Shown: positions 29,601 to 47,625, counted from the first letter of the stretch. The stretch: 64,000 nt of DNA from the human T2T-CHM13v2.0 reference genome, Homo sapiens (GCF_009914755.1 NC_060938.1), one strand, 5' to 3'. Program-made: numbers and translations. The notes: generated by a model not told the origin, from the sequence alone.

Positions 29601-30319
29601 CGGCAATGCCCCAGGCCCTTTGCTTGATCCTCTCAACTACTCCTAAGCTTGACCTGGTGTGTCTGCAGCCCACACATCTGCCTGTCAATTGATTATCCTC
29701 TCTAGATGACCCTTGGGCCCCTTGAGTCCATCATGGCCAGACCATAACCCATTCATCACCTTGCCCCACTGCTTGTCAGACCAAATCCATTCTCCTCCCT
29801 ATTCCCCTCGCCTCTAAGCAGACTTAAACCTAGATTCTTACTTCCCTTCCTTGTCTGCCTACCCTATGACCCCCACAGCTATCATCAGAGCCTGTGGGTT
29901 CTACCTCTGTGACAGTAGGTCTGGTGTCACCAAGTGTACACCTTGCTGCCAACCTAATTCCATCCTTCATTATAACCCGGCTGGACCGCTGACCCATCAC
30001 TCTACTTCATTATACTTCAAATCCCACTCCCACACTCCATGCCTCTCCGTGCTCCAAGCCTTCAAATGTTCCCCAGTAGAGACACAAAACACCCTCACTT
30101 CCAAGCCTGAAAGTCAAGCCCTTCCCAACATGGCACCTTCCTATCTTTCTGGCCTTCTCTTATGCCATCCCATCTCTGTTCCCTCATGTTCTCCACTTCT
30201 ACAAGTTTTCTCTCCAAATGCATCTATACTCATCTGCATTGGCTCAAGCCACTGTCCCTACCCCACCCACAAATGCCCTTTCAGGTGGGGCAGGAAGCAC
30301 GTGGGTTTGGGAATAGGAA

Positions 30320-30485
30320 GGATCTGAGTTCAGATTCTGTTCTGCTCCTTCCTAGCTGTGTCACCTGTGATCGGTTACCTAATTGCCTCTCTGACCCTCA
30401 GTTTCCTCATCCATAAAATGGAACAATCATTGCCACTTTACAGAGTGTTGAGCTCTTTAGATAACATATGAAACCGCTTGGCAAA
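30320..30485 (+). mobile_element. MIR
   Basis: CTAGCTGTGTCACCT...CCTCAGTTTCCTCATCCATAAAATGG. Confidence 0.7.
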
Positions 30486-31086
30486 GAGGGGATGGTGTTT
30501 GAGGCACAGAAAACACAGACAAAAGCTTGGAGGTCTCCTTGATGATGACATGTACGTGAAAGGGACGGTGAAGAAACTCCCCAGCTGGAGGAAGTGCCCT
30601 CCTGGGTCCAAGACGGGAGAAGCAGTAGCAGGAGGCTCCCCAGCAGGGATCCACCCAACACCATTCCCTCGATACTCTATTGCTCAGAACACTCAAGCAG
30701 TTTTGTGTTTGGAGCACAGTTTTGGGTGGTGTTTTTTTTTTTTTTTTTTTTTTTTTTTCCTTTTTTGGCTAGAGTCAGTACCATCTGTGAATTACACTGC
30801 GGTAGCCAGGTTTTTTGATAATTTGAATAAGACCTCAGGGAGTCTGAACTAAACATATGTCCCTCAAAAATATAAAGTAATTCATATGCTTTCATCTATT
30901 AATTGGGAAAATGAGCTTTTATCAATGTCTAAATGTTCACGAACAGGCAGAGAAATGTCAGGTTCTACCACATGTGACACGGCAAAAAAGACATCTTCCA
31001 ATGCATGAGGCTTCTCCAGGCAGACATGAAGAGGGACACACTAGCCTGATAGAGCAGGCAAAATGACGACAAAAATCAGAGGTGAG

Positions 31087-31753
<667 letters not shown>

Positions 31754-33130
31754 TGATAACAGAGAACATCAGGGGATATGCTACAATCATTAGAGCTGAA
31801 AGAACCTCAAAGGTAACCTTTTCCACAGATGTTAAACAGACTTCTTCTCTGATGCCAGCCCCAAGGGACTGGTGGTGGCTTCTGAGAATGGTGCTCACAG
31901 AAGCAGCTGAGGATGACAGCTGTGGCCAGCGATGGATGGCTGCCCTGGGCGTGGCATGCGGGAGAGGAGATCAACTCCTCACCTCTGCGCCCACCAGCCT
32001 GCTTCACTGTGCTCACTTTGCAGATATAGAAACGAAACTAAGCCTGTGAAATGCTGAAGTGATAGTTCTACTTAGTGGAAGAATCAGGACCAGAACCCAA
32101 GTCTCCTGAGTCTGCATCTGACAACCAGCTCTTCTAATACGTACCAGGAACATACAATTCTGAGTCACAGACAAGCTACTTACTATGGGCAGACACTAAA
32201 AAACAACTAATGACTTTCATTCATATAACATGGTTTCATCCACTTGGAAAACTGTTTTTGTAATCTAGATTAAAAAAAACTTCCTTTCTTCAACAAACAT
32301 CAGCCCCACACCTACCACAATACCAGGAATGAGTCCTAGGAATACCTCATCTAGTTGTAAAAATATATATATAAAGCAATACAGAGATGCAGAGATAAAA
32401 ATAAGCCCTGTCTTATGGTTCCACTGAGAAGAGGGACATGACCCAGCCTGAGCAGGGAGAATCATGGCAGACTTCTTGGAGGCGATGATGGCTGTCAAAG
32501 TCTACAGGATGAACAGGCCTTAGCTAGGGGCAGAGAAGGATAAGGTCATGACTAATGGCAGGAACAACAGCCTTGATGGCTCTCTGAACTGGAGCTAAGG
32601 TTGCTGTACGTGTTGTAAATTACATGGTTTTATATCCCATGGAGAAACAGCCTTACAATGAAATCTTTTTATAAACTTGCACCTGGAGATTATGTCTCTC
32701 CCCTAAGTCGGCATCTTACCAGGGAAGGAGAATTATGGAATCTGCCGAGTTTCCATTTTTGCCTTGGCTGTCAGGCACTCAATCACAACAAATATATTAG
32801 GTCAAGAATTTGGAATATTTGCTTTCCCCTCTCTCTACTGCATTTGTCTATTTTCAATTTTTACCTTAGCGACCTGATTGTGACCTATATGTCTTATGGC
32901 AAGCCCTATGAAAAGGAAGTGGGGTATAAATTATAAATGTGCCAATAAAGAATACTGGCTAATACCTACATAAACATGCTAATAAAGAATATTGGCCAAT
33001 ATCTATAGAGAGGGTCCGGGAGGTCTAAAATCTATAACCCTATCACCTTGAGCCTAAGTTAAGATGCCACATGGCCCATCTTTTTCAAAAGTCCAAACCC
33101 ATCAACTTCAGAGAGGAAAAGGCTTAATTA

Positions 33131-33535
<405 letters not shown>

Positions 33536-34352
33536 CTAACGTTCTCTCAGGCCTCTTACTGTGAGTGTACATGAGAGGGAGAAAAAAGCAAAAGAGGAGA
33601 ACAAGATGAGAACTACTTACGTAACTGAGGTGTCAAGATACTGGCTGAAGGCCATCCTCACAAAGACTCACTTCTACTCACTGAGAGAATAAAAGAATTG
33701 CAGATTCAGACTCACAACGGTTCTACTCTCCAACAACTGAAAACTTGATCTCTCTTTGCTTTTGTCAACTCAGCAAGTTTATGGGTAGGTTTGACACGCA
33801 AATGCCTTCGCTGACAGCAAACAGCTCAGAGGATGCACACGGGGGAGCTCGGGAGGGTGGGTGAAAATTTCACTCTTTCTCCAGATGTAGGAGGAGCTAA
33901 GTGTTTGGGGAAAATTAACCAACCAAAAATTATTTTTTAATTGCTTCCTGTGCACAGAGCACTTGCTAAGTGCCACCAGAAATGAAATATAAGGCAACTC
34001 CCCTGACATCGAGGAGTGTGTCATCTGCTCTCTAGTGAAAGCAGGAGCACTGGAGTCAGGGACACACATGTGGTCTCCCATCTGTCAAGGTCGTCCACGG
34101 ACAGCCGCAGAGGCCTGCCCTGCACAACTGCAGGAGGTGCCATTTCACAGGGCTGCAACGTGAAGTCATAGTTCTAATCCTGGCACTACTAGGCTAGGGG
34201 AACTTAGCAAGTAACTTAACCAACTTCTAAAGTGGTTTTGAGAATTGAGAGATTAGACAGGTCAGGTTAAGTAAGATAGTGCCCAACACCTAACAAGGGC
34301 TCAATCAATGCCAGCTCAACAAATCATCATCTAATTAGAGCCAAAGCACACT

Positions 34353-35035
<683 letters not shown>

Positions 35036-35611
35036 CCAACATGAAGGAAATGACCGTCAGTATAATATTTACTGAGTGTGTACTATATTCCAGGAGTTGT
35101 ATTATCATTATTTAATCTTTAAACAGCCATGTGAGAAAGGCATTATCCTCTCATATCAGAGATGAGAACGTAAAGCTCATTAACAGTAATTACCTTGCTG
35201 AAGGACACACAGCTAGCAAGTCGTAAAACAAAGATTCAGCCCTAGGTCTCTCTGACTCCAACTTCCACCCTCCTGAAACTCATCTGCTCTGCTCCTTATT
35301 TCATTAGATGACAGACTTTATTATAAAGTTTATTATAAACTACATAGACAGACTATAACTGCCAAGGGCCAGAGAGAGAGAGAGATTAATAAGATCAGGA
35401 GTAGATTCCATTAAGGAAATGGGCTTTAAACGGAGCCCTTAGGACAGAGTTGGTCTGGGGTATACAGAAAGAAGAGGGAGGAGGAGCAGGTAAAGCCAGC
35501 ATGAACCATGTGCACCATGCAAGGTGAATTCTGCAGGGCAGGGCAGGCACCCACCTGCGTCTAGCAGCGGCACACTACAGAGAAGCAACATGAAATAAGG
35601 TGGCTAAATGG

Positions 35612-35908
<297 letters not shown>

Positions 35909-37648
35909 CTAAATGGGCGAACACACACTCCATGGGGCCTGGAAAGTCAGGGAGGAGATGAGAACTCACTTCCATGGATGGCAGCAATCACTGAGGCCAT
36001 CTGAGCAAAGGATACAGTAATGACAGTGCCCAGGCTACCAGGACAGAGCCTGGAGACAGTGAACGCTGCACCTGCAACTCAGGGATGGAAGAGTGGGGCC
36101 GCTGCAAGCAGGGTGTGGGATGCTGCTGGGTGTGGGCCACAGGGCCCAAGAGCTTGGCTCTGCCCTTATCAAGTTATCAGGGTCAGCGCCTAGGAAGCCA
36201 GGAGAATGAATGCGCCATTGACTTACTCAGCAGAACCTCTGGAGCCCCCTGCACACAGCGCTGTCCCAAGCACTGGGTTAGACTGACTGTGAAGCTTACA
36301 TTTAGAGGAGACACGTGATGAACAAGTCACAGATAAATGTGTAAATGCACCTGGAGCTAAGTGTTGCCAGGAAGGCGAGCAGGAGGGCTCAGAGAAGACC
36401 TCTCTGAAGGGGTGTCATTAAAGCTGGACCCTGATAAATAAGGTGCCAGCTTGATGAGAAGCAGGAAAATCAAGAAGAAGATGCATGAGAGAGGCCAAGA
36501 GAAAAGCCCTTGAGCAGGGAAGACATGATGAAACTGGATGGATCACAGACACCAGGGGTGGGAGACGAGGCTGCTACCAGTGGCTCAACAGCACCAGCAG
36601 AGCACAGGCCCCGCACTGTGACACCAGGCAGAGTTCAGCAAGGGATCCCAGAAAACCAAAGTCGGGTGATCCAGAAACAGAAAACTGGGCCATCTGAGGC
36701 TCTGGGAAGAGAACTCAGAGATTCAGGAAATACTACAAGGGCTGATTTTGGAGACTGGGTGACTGGGTGCTTGCTCTTGTGAAAAGGAAATGCTGATCCA
36801 GGCAGACTCCAGCAGGGAGAGCTGCAGCCTGAGGGGAACTTACAGGCCCGTTTGGGAGGAATTTGTCTTTATGGACAATTCCTCTTTTTTCCCATCTCTG
36901 ATTCTTTCCTGCAAACGAATTTGGAAGTAAAATGTATGAAAGTGAAAAAAACTTACATGTTACAATGTGCATCTCTTAGGTATAAAGAACTATTCCCTTT
37001 TTTAGAGTACTTAAAACAAAAAAAAAAGAAAGATTATAAAATCTCTAAATATACCTAATGTCTCAGACTCAAGCATCCACAATTACTTCACAGCATTTCA
37101 CGAACACCCTTTCATTCTATCCTTTCCCTTCACAGCGGTAGATCCCACAAGCGCCCAATCAAGACCAAAGATTCACGCCAATTGATTTCCCTCTTTCTCA
37201 ATTGATGTGTTTAGGAGAATTACGCTCTTTCTAACTCCTATTATTAACCTTTTTAATTTGTCACTTTCATTTTAATAAAACAAGGGCAAAGCACATAAAC
37301 AATTCAAATGATTGCACAAATAAACCATGCTATAAAGACAAAGACGGAAAAACTGGTGAAATTGATCTGCTGGCTGGCAGGCCACGGTGGGATGGCTAGA
37401 AATAGTCACTTGTTGATGTGTAGGTGGCCAAATTCACCATACAAAGGGTAGCTTGGGGGCATCAATATACGATCTTAGCAAATCCACCAGTCATCTCACA
37501 GAAATGACCCTACCGGGTCAGAGGTGACTCCTGTCCTTTGGCCCACAGCAGAGGGCTGGACTCAAGGAACAATAAGGCTCTTTACAACTACAAAATGTCA
37601 TAAAATAAATCCTTGTTTTTCACTTTTATAAACAAAAAAAAAAATTCT

Positions 37649-37949
37649 GGCCAGGCACAGTGGCTCACACCTGCTATCCCAGCACTTTGGGAGGCCGAGG
37701 TGGGCAGATCACATGCACTCAGGAGTTCGAGACCAGCCGGGGCAACACAGTGAGACCTCATCTTTACAAAAATAATAATAATAATAATTAGCCAGGCATA
37801 GTGACACAAGCCTGTAGTCCTAGCTATTTGGGAGGCTGAGGTGGGAGGATTGCTTGAGCCTGGGACGTTGAGGCTGCTGTGAGCCAAGGTCATGCCACTG
37901 CACTCCAGCTAAAATGACAGAGTGAGACTCCCTTTAAAAAAAAAAAAAA
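37649..37949 (+). mobile_element. Alu (AluJ-like)
   Basis: Alu consensus, (TAA)n linker. Confidence 0.9.
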
Positions 37950-37988
37950 TATGCACTGGGCATGTTTTCAGCCATATGTTTCAATAGA

Positions 37989-38004
37989 TCTCTCTCGTTC
38001 TCTT

Positions 38005-38038
<34 letters not shown>

Positions 38039-38097
38039 AATATTATCTATATAATTTTATATGTATAAATAATATAATTTAATACATATAATTTTTT
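37989..38097. repeat. (CT)n-(AT)n compound microsatellite and AT-rich tract
   Basis: Read directly. Confidence 0.9.
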
Positions 38098-39434
38098 AAG
38101 TAAGGAAAACTATTACTTTAAGAAAATGATAAAGCAGTGAAATCCACTAATGTATTTTTCAATCAGGAGACTATGTTCAGGGATTTTCTCTAAGCTGCTT
38201 TTTAAAAAAAAAAAAAAAAAAGGAAATCTCAACACAGAGCTGACAATTAGCTTTTTCTTCAAACTGACGAGCAGTATCATTTAGTAGTGGCTACTACAAA
38301 ATTCTTATTATTGAATGTGCCTTTATTCTAGGGGGGAAAGCCTAGCAAAATAAAACAGCAGGTATTACAGAAAATAAAAATGGCCCAAGGAAGCTCCAAA
38401 GTAATTGAATCTACTCGTATGACCAAAATCTCCAGAAACCCTTCCAGAGAGTCCCTTGCCCTCCCCTGCAGATGCTGTAAGAGGTGCCTCGGTTGAAGTT
38501 CTGAGGGTGAGAGCTGCCCCCGCAGCTTGCAGGACTAAGACCCTCTCTAAGGCCAAGTTCAGACTTACACTTAGTCCAGTTTCTCCCACAGTTCCTGTAC
38601 TTATTATTTAGGAAAGAGGGTCACTGAGAGAAGCCCAAAGCCTCAGAACAGATGAGTCGAAGACAGGGTAGGCAGACAGTGTCTCGAGAAACTCCTTTCT
38701 CCAGTTGCTAAGGTTAACGGTAGATCCAGCCCACCACAGTCCAGAGGTGAAGAGGACCGGCATACAGAAAACTGTCTTTCCTTATTTATGTGTGGTCTTC
38801 CGAGGCCAATTACAGAGGGTGAAAACTTTGTAAGAGAAAATCACCTTGAACCCAAGGAACAGTCCAAATGCCCATCACCAGCCCCAGACTGACCTTGGTT
38901 TTCAAGGGCGGTAAGTGAATCCTCCTCCTCGAAAAACAGACTGTGTTAAAGGGCACGACTGTGTCTCAGAAATAAAATACGGTTACATTGGGCAAATGGA
39001 GGACACCTGACAAAAGTGCCTTCAGATGTTTAGTAAAACCAAGGTCATACAAACACTGAGTCATCGTGAACAAAGCAGCCAGTACGTTCATATTTCCAAA
39101 GACAGGCATCCCGTCCCTCTGCCTCTGTACCAAGAATTCAGCCAACTTGGGCATTCACAGTTGTGCAAACCGAGTCTTATTATTTCATGGTTCAACCAAA
39201 AGGATCTGCTGCAGAAGAACACGCTCCCCCAAACAAAGGCTGCTTCTTCCCAGTTCAAGGTTTAACTAGGCCCTGAATAAGAAATGTTGGGCAGGTATTG
39301 CATCTTATTGTACCAATTCAAGCCTCAGCACCAAGTGCATGAAAAATAAGCGACAGTCCCCAAATACAGCCTGGTTGGTTGGTGCCACCGTGCTCTCTGC
39401 TTGCAGGCTATGTAGCTAATAAAACTGGAACCCT

Positions 39435-39695
39435 GGCCGGGCGCGGTGGCTCATGCCTGTAATCCTGGCACTTTGGGAGGCCGAGGTGGGTGGACTGCTT
39501 GAGCTCAGGATTTCAAGACCAACCTGGGCAACATGGCCAAACCCCATCTCTACTAAAATGTAAAAGAAATTAGCCAGGCATGGTGGCATGTGCCCATATT
39601 CCCAGCTACTCAGGAGGCTGAGGCGGGAGAATTGCTTGAACCCAGGAGGTGGAAGTTGCAGTGAGCTGAGATGGCACCACTGCAATCCCACCTGG
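39435..39695 (+). mobile_element. Alu, 3'-truncated
   Basis: Alu stops at CACTGCAATCCCACCTGG with no tail. Confidence 0.9.
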
Positions 39696-40069
39696 AACCC
39701 TATAAACTCTTTCCATTTTGTTGTCAAGATCTGTGATCCCTTCATTCCCCATCAAAACATGGAGAGGAAAAAAACCCAAACCATCTGCCCCCTAACTTTA
39801 TGGCATTTCTTTAATGTGAACCCAGTTAGGTTTCAAATATGTTCCCATAGGCAGCATTAGGAGGGAGAGAAGTTCTAAGCCCAGGAGACCTGAGTTCTGG
39901 ATCCAAATCTATCACCAGCCCCCACTGCGTGGCTGTGAGCACCTCTCTGGATCGTTCCCTCCTCTGTAAAAGGACACAATCCCACTGCATATTCCTAAGT
40001 ACCTTCCATTAGGTTTTATTCCTGAAGTCTCTCAGTGTAGGCAGAAACTCGTAACTCACTGCTACTTCT

Positions 40070-41110
<1,041 letters not shown>

Positions 41111-41614
41111 CCTGAACACCTGCTTACACAGGAAACGCACAGAGTGCCACAAGACATCCAGCCACAGGACTGTGGGAATAAGCTGCCATTTCTGAACAGA
41201 TTATCTGAAAACATTCATGGCTGTCTCTGAAGTGCTGAGGGTGAGCGTTGTTGTCAATCTCCCATGGCCACATGGCGGCCAGAAACGGAGCTCCCCCATA
41301 AACCACCACACCTCAGCACCAGGGTATACAAATGGCACAAACTGTGCACGCCACACACTTCACACAGAGGGAAAAAAGATCAGTTGGGATTACATTTCAT
41401 AAGACTCAACCACTGCTAACAAAATAACCATCTGGCAATAAATCACACCTGCAGAGATGGCAGGCTTGTCCAGAGTGAGGCAGAAATGACACACTGACAG
41501 TTACAGAGGGGCAAAAGTAGAGGAGAAAGAGCCCAGAGGTACAACTTGTCTAGAGCAGGAAACTGGGTGGGGACAAGGGAAGATCACAAGTACATTTCAT
41601 AGCCCCCTGACTTC

Positions 41615-42261
41615 ATTGGGAGTTGTGGATAATTTATAAAGACACAGATTTGTTTTCTCGCAGTCTGGAAGCTGGGAAGTCCAAGATGGAAGGGTTGGCA
41701 TCTGGTGAGGGCCTTCTTGCTCCATTATCCCATGGTGGGAAGTGGAAGGGCAAAGAGGGGAGTGGGAGAGAGAGAAAGGGGGCCAAAACTCATCCTTTTA
41801 TAAGGAACCCACTCCCACAATCATGGCATTTATCGATCCATGAAGGTGGTGCCCCCATGACCCAAACACCTTCTATTAGACCCTAACTCCCAACACCACC
41901 ACAATGGGGATCGACGTTCTTTTTTTTTTTTTTTTTTTTTTGAGATGGAGTTTCACTCTTGTTGCCCAGGCTGGGGTGCAACTCACTGAAACCTCTGCCT
42001 CCCGAGTTCAAGCAATTCTCCTGCCTCAGCCTCCCTGGTAGCTGCGATTACAGGTGCCCACCACCACGCCCAGCTAATTTTTTTTGTATTTTTAGTAGAG
42101 ATGGGGTTTCGCCATGTTGGCCAGGCTGGTCTCGAACTCCTGACCTCAGGTGATCAGCCCACCTCAACCTCCCAAAGTGCTGTGATTACGGGTGTGAGCC
42201 ACTGCGCCCAGTCTCAACTTTCTAATACATGAAGTTTGGGGGACACATTCAAACCACAGCA
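41615..42261 (-). mobile_element. MST-family MaLR LTR interrupted by an Alu (41918-42212, minus)
   Basis: GCAGTCTGGAAGCTGGGAAGTCCAAGATG...GCATCTGGTGAGGGCCTTCTTGC...GGGGACACATTCAAACCACAGCA. Confidence 0.8.
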
Positions 42262-44259
42262 GGAGTTTAGTAAAGCTTTTTGATAAAGAAAATGACATCA
42301 TCAAGAGAAGTGTACAGAGAGAAAGAAAAACAACAACAATGCTCAACGTGGACATGCCTGGCCTAGGGCATCTGGCCAGATACATGCATGCGCTGAGCGC
42401 CCTCACAGCCATGAACACACCTGGGATTCCAGGAATAGGATACCTGAAGTTACTATTCTCTAATCCCGGGGTCCCATTAGCATTGGGGAAATGGTCAGAA
42501 GAGCTAGATTCCAACTGCTGTGAGACACAGGAAAGGACGAGGAACCTAGTAGGCCCCAGGGATACAGATCATTGGAAGCACAGCTAGTGACTCCCCAACT
42601 AAGGGATCTCCTAGAATTGTAATAACAGCATAGGAGAGGGCTTTGAAAATCACACACAACCCATCCGGGTTTTCTGCTATGGAAAGGCTCTTCTGCAGAG
42701 TTAGAATTATGAGGACAGGATTTTATTCTGACACTTCCCCAAAGCCTTTTGGAAATCACGCGTTCATGTGCAACATTGTTATGTAAGCTGCCACATCTAG
42801 CTCCTTTGCTTTGGGCAGAAATATTCTCAACACACCCTATGGACACTGGTTATCTGATGCTGGTCACAGCCTGTGACTGATGCTCATGTGTCTAACAAAA
42901 GCACAGAATAAGGAGGAGAATAAAAGAGTCCCCTGTGGCAAGTAGTTCAGGAACACGTGTCCGGGACAATTCTGCTTACAGATGAATGATTAATTAAACA
43001 TACTGAATGAACACAGTGGGCCCACAAGAGAAGGTTTACTGAATTGAATGGAGGAATCTAAGGTTCAGAGAGGTACACAGCTGGTTAGCAACCAAATTAG
43101 CAATAAAACCCAGATCTCCTAACACCTAGTTCAATGCTCAGTACAGCATCCAAGCTTTCTCTCTCACCAATTTGTGTAAAATGAAGCAGCACTCACACCC
43201 TCTCCTGCCCAGCACAGCATCTCATATGCCTGACATACACCAAGGTGTACAATGACTATTTCTTCATGTGTCTGTCTCTCCCACTAGACTAGAAATTCCT
43301 GGTGGACAGAAACTATACCTTCATCATCCGGCTTTCCTGATGCCTAGCATAAGCCTGTTTACAAGCATGGAATCAACATTAGCTGGATGGATGAACAAGT
43401 TATGAGAAAGTTTAGGATACCACACAGGAGTAGTGTAATTACCTTATTACTATTTATTAATATTAATATTATTATTTCTGGGAAAAAATGCCTGCCCAAT
43501 ATAAGCTGATCTCTAAGGCTGGAGGGGGGGGAGTTTCAAAGTAAGTCAAAGAACCAAAGATAATGAACATAGAGTTTATCAAGACAGACAGTTAAGTAAA
43601 AAATTTTCTAAGAGTCTTCCAGTCACACTTGTCACTACTTCTGGGAAATATGCAAACTCTCCACATAACATCAGCACCAAGAAGCAGATCAGGTCCTTTG
43701 CTCACCAGGAAGGATCTGTGTGGATTTCATCAATGGCTAAATACTAATAGGCAGGTAATGCAAAATAGTGTCCAGAGACTCATTCGAAGGCTAAAATTCA
43801 AGGACATTCTGAGTAATCAATGAAACAAAAATTTATAGGTTAAAGCATACTCTCAAAGACTTAAGCACATTTTCAGAAGTTACAAACAGAAATGAAAAAT
43901 CACTTATAAAAACTGAGTATATTCAGTGACCCAAACTAAGATGTAGGAAGGAAAACAAATCCCACATAAATAACACCAGTTTATGTCCACTTCCAGTTAA
44001 TCAGAGTCCTTGAAGAAGAGGTGAAGCAATGCACTGATGCAGAGAAAAGAGCATCAGGCCAAGGGGCAGCTGACCAAGGCTTTCGGCACAGATCTGTGGG
44101 TTTTACCAAGTCACTTTCACTGGACCCCAGATTCTTCATGTATAAACCAAGATCATCTTCCAGGATCCCAGCAAAAAGAACTCTATCAGAGTATGATGGG
44201 GACCACATCAGTCAAATCCAGGTACAGATGCTGGACTGGAGCATCAAGAAGCCACTGCT

Positions 44260-44607
<348 letters not shown>

Positions 44608-44709
44608 TTAGTGCACAAATCTGGTCCAAGTCAGTTAAAGCTATGGAAAATCAGCGACTGCTGTGGCCTTTTTCTCCATAAATTTCTGGGCAGCAAGAAT
44701 CTCTGCTGT

Positions 44710-45164
44710 CACTATGCACAATAGCAAAGCCATGGAATCAACCTAAGTCCCATTAATGACAGATTGCATAAAGATGTGGGACATATACACCATGGAATAC
44801 TATGCAGCCATAAACATAAATGAGATCACGTCTTTTACGGGAACATGGATGCAGCTGGAGGCCATTATCCTCAGTAAACTAACACAGGAACAGAAAACCA
44901 AATACCACATGTTCTCACTTATAAGTGGGAGCTAAATGATGAGAACACATGGACACATAGTAGGGAGCAACACACACTGGGGCCTATTGGAGGGTGGAGG
45001 GTGGGAGGAGGGAGAAGATCAGGAAAAAACTATTGGTTACTAGGCTTATACCTAGGTGGTGAAATAATCTGTACAACAAACCCCTGTGACATGAGTTTAT
45101 CTATATAACAAACCTGCCCATGTACCCCCAAACCTAAAATAAAAGTTAAAAAAAAAAAAAAAAA
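44710..45164 (+). mobile_element. 5'-truncated L1 (old L1PA/L1PB-like) 3' end with TSD
   Basis: ATGGAATACTATGCAGCCATAAA...CATGTTCTCACTTATAAGTGGGAGCTAAATGATGAGAACACATGGACAC...AATAAAAGTT+polyA; TSD AAGAATC(T/C)CTGCTGT at 44695-44709 and 45165-45179. Confidence 0.92.
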
Positions 45165-46408
45165 AAGAATCCCTGCTGTGGAGACCGAGGCTCTGCAAGA
45201 ACCTCTAGGGCATCAGAAGGAAGCACTTGACTCCTTTGTCTGTGCTGTGGCTAGGCTCAGAAACGTCTGAGGACCCCCTACCACCTTAGGGGGAAAGTCT
45301 GGGCTCCCTGGCACTCAAAACCCCCCAGTCTAGCTCAGCCTACCTTCCCAAACTTATTTCTCTCTCTATCCCACTGTGACCCTTTGTTTTAGCCAATTAG
45401 AGTGAAGGAGGAGCAAGGAAGTGTCAGACCTTGGCTAAAAATATCTGGCTGTGTCAATTTAGCAAGCCACTGAACCTCTCTGAGCTTCAGTTTCCCCATC
45501 TGCAAAGAGCATATAATACCTGCTTATAGTTGTTAAAAAGATGTAAGACCATGGATACAAATGCCTCACATGACTCCAAACAGCACCCAGCAGGTCCTAT
45601 GGAAATGTCACTTCCCACTTTCACACTCAGTCTTCCCCCTTATGCGTCCCTACCTCTGGACAAGCCACGTCTGATGACTCAAGGGACCTCCTCTCTCCCT
45701 GTCGCCAGCCCCAGTCTGACTATCCTGAAGGAACCAGCTAATAAAATGCTGTCTTCAGGATTCTTCCAGTGGCACTGCTAAACCTTAGGAGTCCCCTTCT
45801 CCTTTGGCTTCCCCAACCACATAATTCTGGCCATTGCCCAATCCCCTGGCAACTGGCAGAAGCCACTCTGTAGCCTTCCTGGTCTCTTTTTATTTTGTTG
45901 AGTATCCTCCACCAGAGTTTTGTCATCCCCAGTCCCCAGGATAAAGTAATTATATTTTCCCCTATTTTGAAAATAACGCAATGATGCGGGCTAGTGCATA
46001 ACAGTCAGCAAGAACTATTACCAAACCTCCTGATCTTGACTATTAGGACAACTTGTATTGGACAGCTGACATTTATTTCTGTCTGGATCGGGGGCTAGAG
46101 TTCATAATTTCTGGTAATCGCTCAACCCTGTGATTACGGGCACTTTGAGGGCAGCTGACAGGGAGAAGTAGTCACCAAAGAAAAGCTTTGCTAGTTTGGG
46201 AATTGCCAGACCCCAATTTATAAACTTGGAATGAAAGAAAGATGAAGGCACCATGGAGATGACAAGAAAACGGAGGTTCAAGATAGTCCCCATGTTCTCT
46301 GGCATGTTAATCCTCATCACCTAGAAGAGGTATTCTGAGGGGACAGAGGGAAAAAGAAAGCACAAAATATTCCAAAGTTCCATATTACTTTTCTTTTCAT
46401 TAGTACTG

Positions 46409-46712
46409 GGCTGGGCACGGTGGCTTAACACCTGTAATCCCAGCACTTTGGAAGGCTGAAGCGGCCAGATCACCTGAGGTCGGGAGTTCAAGACCAGCCT
46501 GACCAACATGGAGAAACCCTGTCTCTACTAAAAATACAAAATTAGCCACGCATGGTGGCACATGCCTGTAATCCCAGCTACTCGGGAGGCTAAGCAGGAG
46601 AATCGCTTGAACCCAGGAGGCGGAGGTTGTGGTGAGCCAAGATCGTGCCATTGCACTCCAGCCTGGGCAACAAGAGTAAAACTTCATCTCAAATCAGCCA
46701 ATCAATCAATAA
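46409..46712 (+). mobile_element. Alu (AluSp/Sq-like)
   Basis: Alu consensus, (TCAA)n-like tail. Confidence 0.9.
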
Positions 46713-47568
46713 AATGGTCTTCAAATGATCAAAGGCTTTCCTGAATTTTTTTGTTGTTGCAGATATGTTTCAGACTCAAGCCCCAGCCCAACCCCAGATG
46801 AAGGGATTTTCCGAGCAGCTATCTTGATCCGGCGCACAGGCCCCTGTTCTGACCAGGGCTGAACGCTTGGCCCAGGAAAAGGACAAGTCCTAGTATCTAA
46901 AAATGATGACAAAGACAAGGCGCAGAGATGATGGTGCTGATGCCACTGGGCACTGGAACCATCACATCACAGGGACTGGCACCAACATCCCAGCAGGGCA
47001 AGCCAACAGTGTGAGAAGGCAGGAATCAAGAGCACACAGAGGGAGCTGGGCTGCAAAGAGGAGGCTAGAACAGATCCTCAGAGAAAGGCAGAGATGAGTG
47101 TCCACGTGGCCGCAGAGGAACAGAGGAGGCACTTCCAATGGCCGTGGACCTGAGATATGCTTTGTTGCTCTCTGACACTGCTCCCGCTCCATGGGACTGG
47201 CTGTTATGTTTTTGGGACAAGTACCCTTTTACTTAAGCCAACTCGAGTGACTCTCTTGTCCTTGCAACCAAATGTACCCTTGACTGTAACATTCTCCTTT
47301 GAGCTAAACTAAACAAATTCTGCCAGGAGATCCCTCTTGTAATCTATTTCAACTGACAGCGACTACTTTTGTCTGATTTATTACAGCTGTAAGCCCTTCC
47401 TTCTGGAAGGGGGAGGGGCTGCGATCTCTTTTAAAGCTAGACCAATTTTACACTGGCAGGGGCCGTGTGTGCGGCTCTACATTACAGCGCCCTACAGGAT
47501 GCATCTAAACTAGTTTGGTCAGCTTATCCATTCCCTGAAAGCAAGGAAGCCGCCACATCAGTAACTCC

Positions 47569-47625
47569 GTTGCTAAGGCAACTGCTTACTTTCCATATCA
47601 ACTGCAAACTCGTTGCTATGGAGAC
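47569..47625. promoter_or_regulatory. Tandem RFX X-box motifs (candidate intronic enhancer)
   Basis: GTTGCTAAGGCAAC (47569-47582) and GTTGCTATGGAGAC (47612-47625) in non-repeat sequence. Confidence 0.6.
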
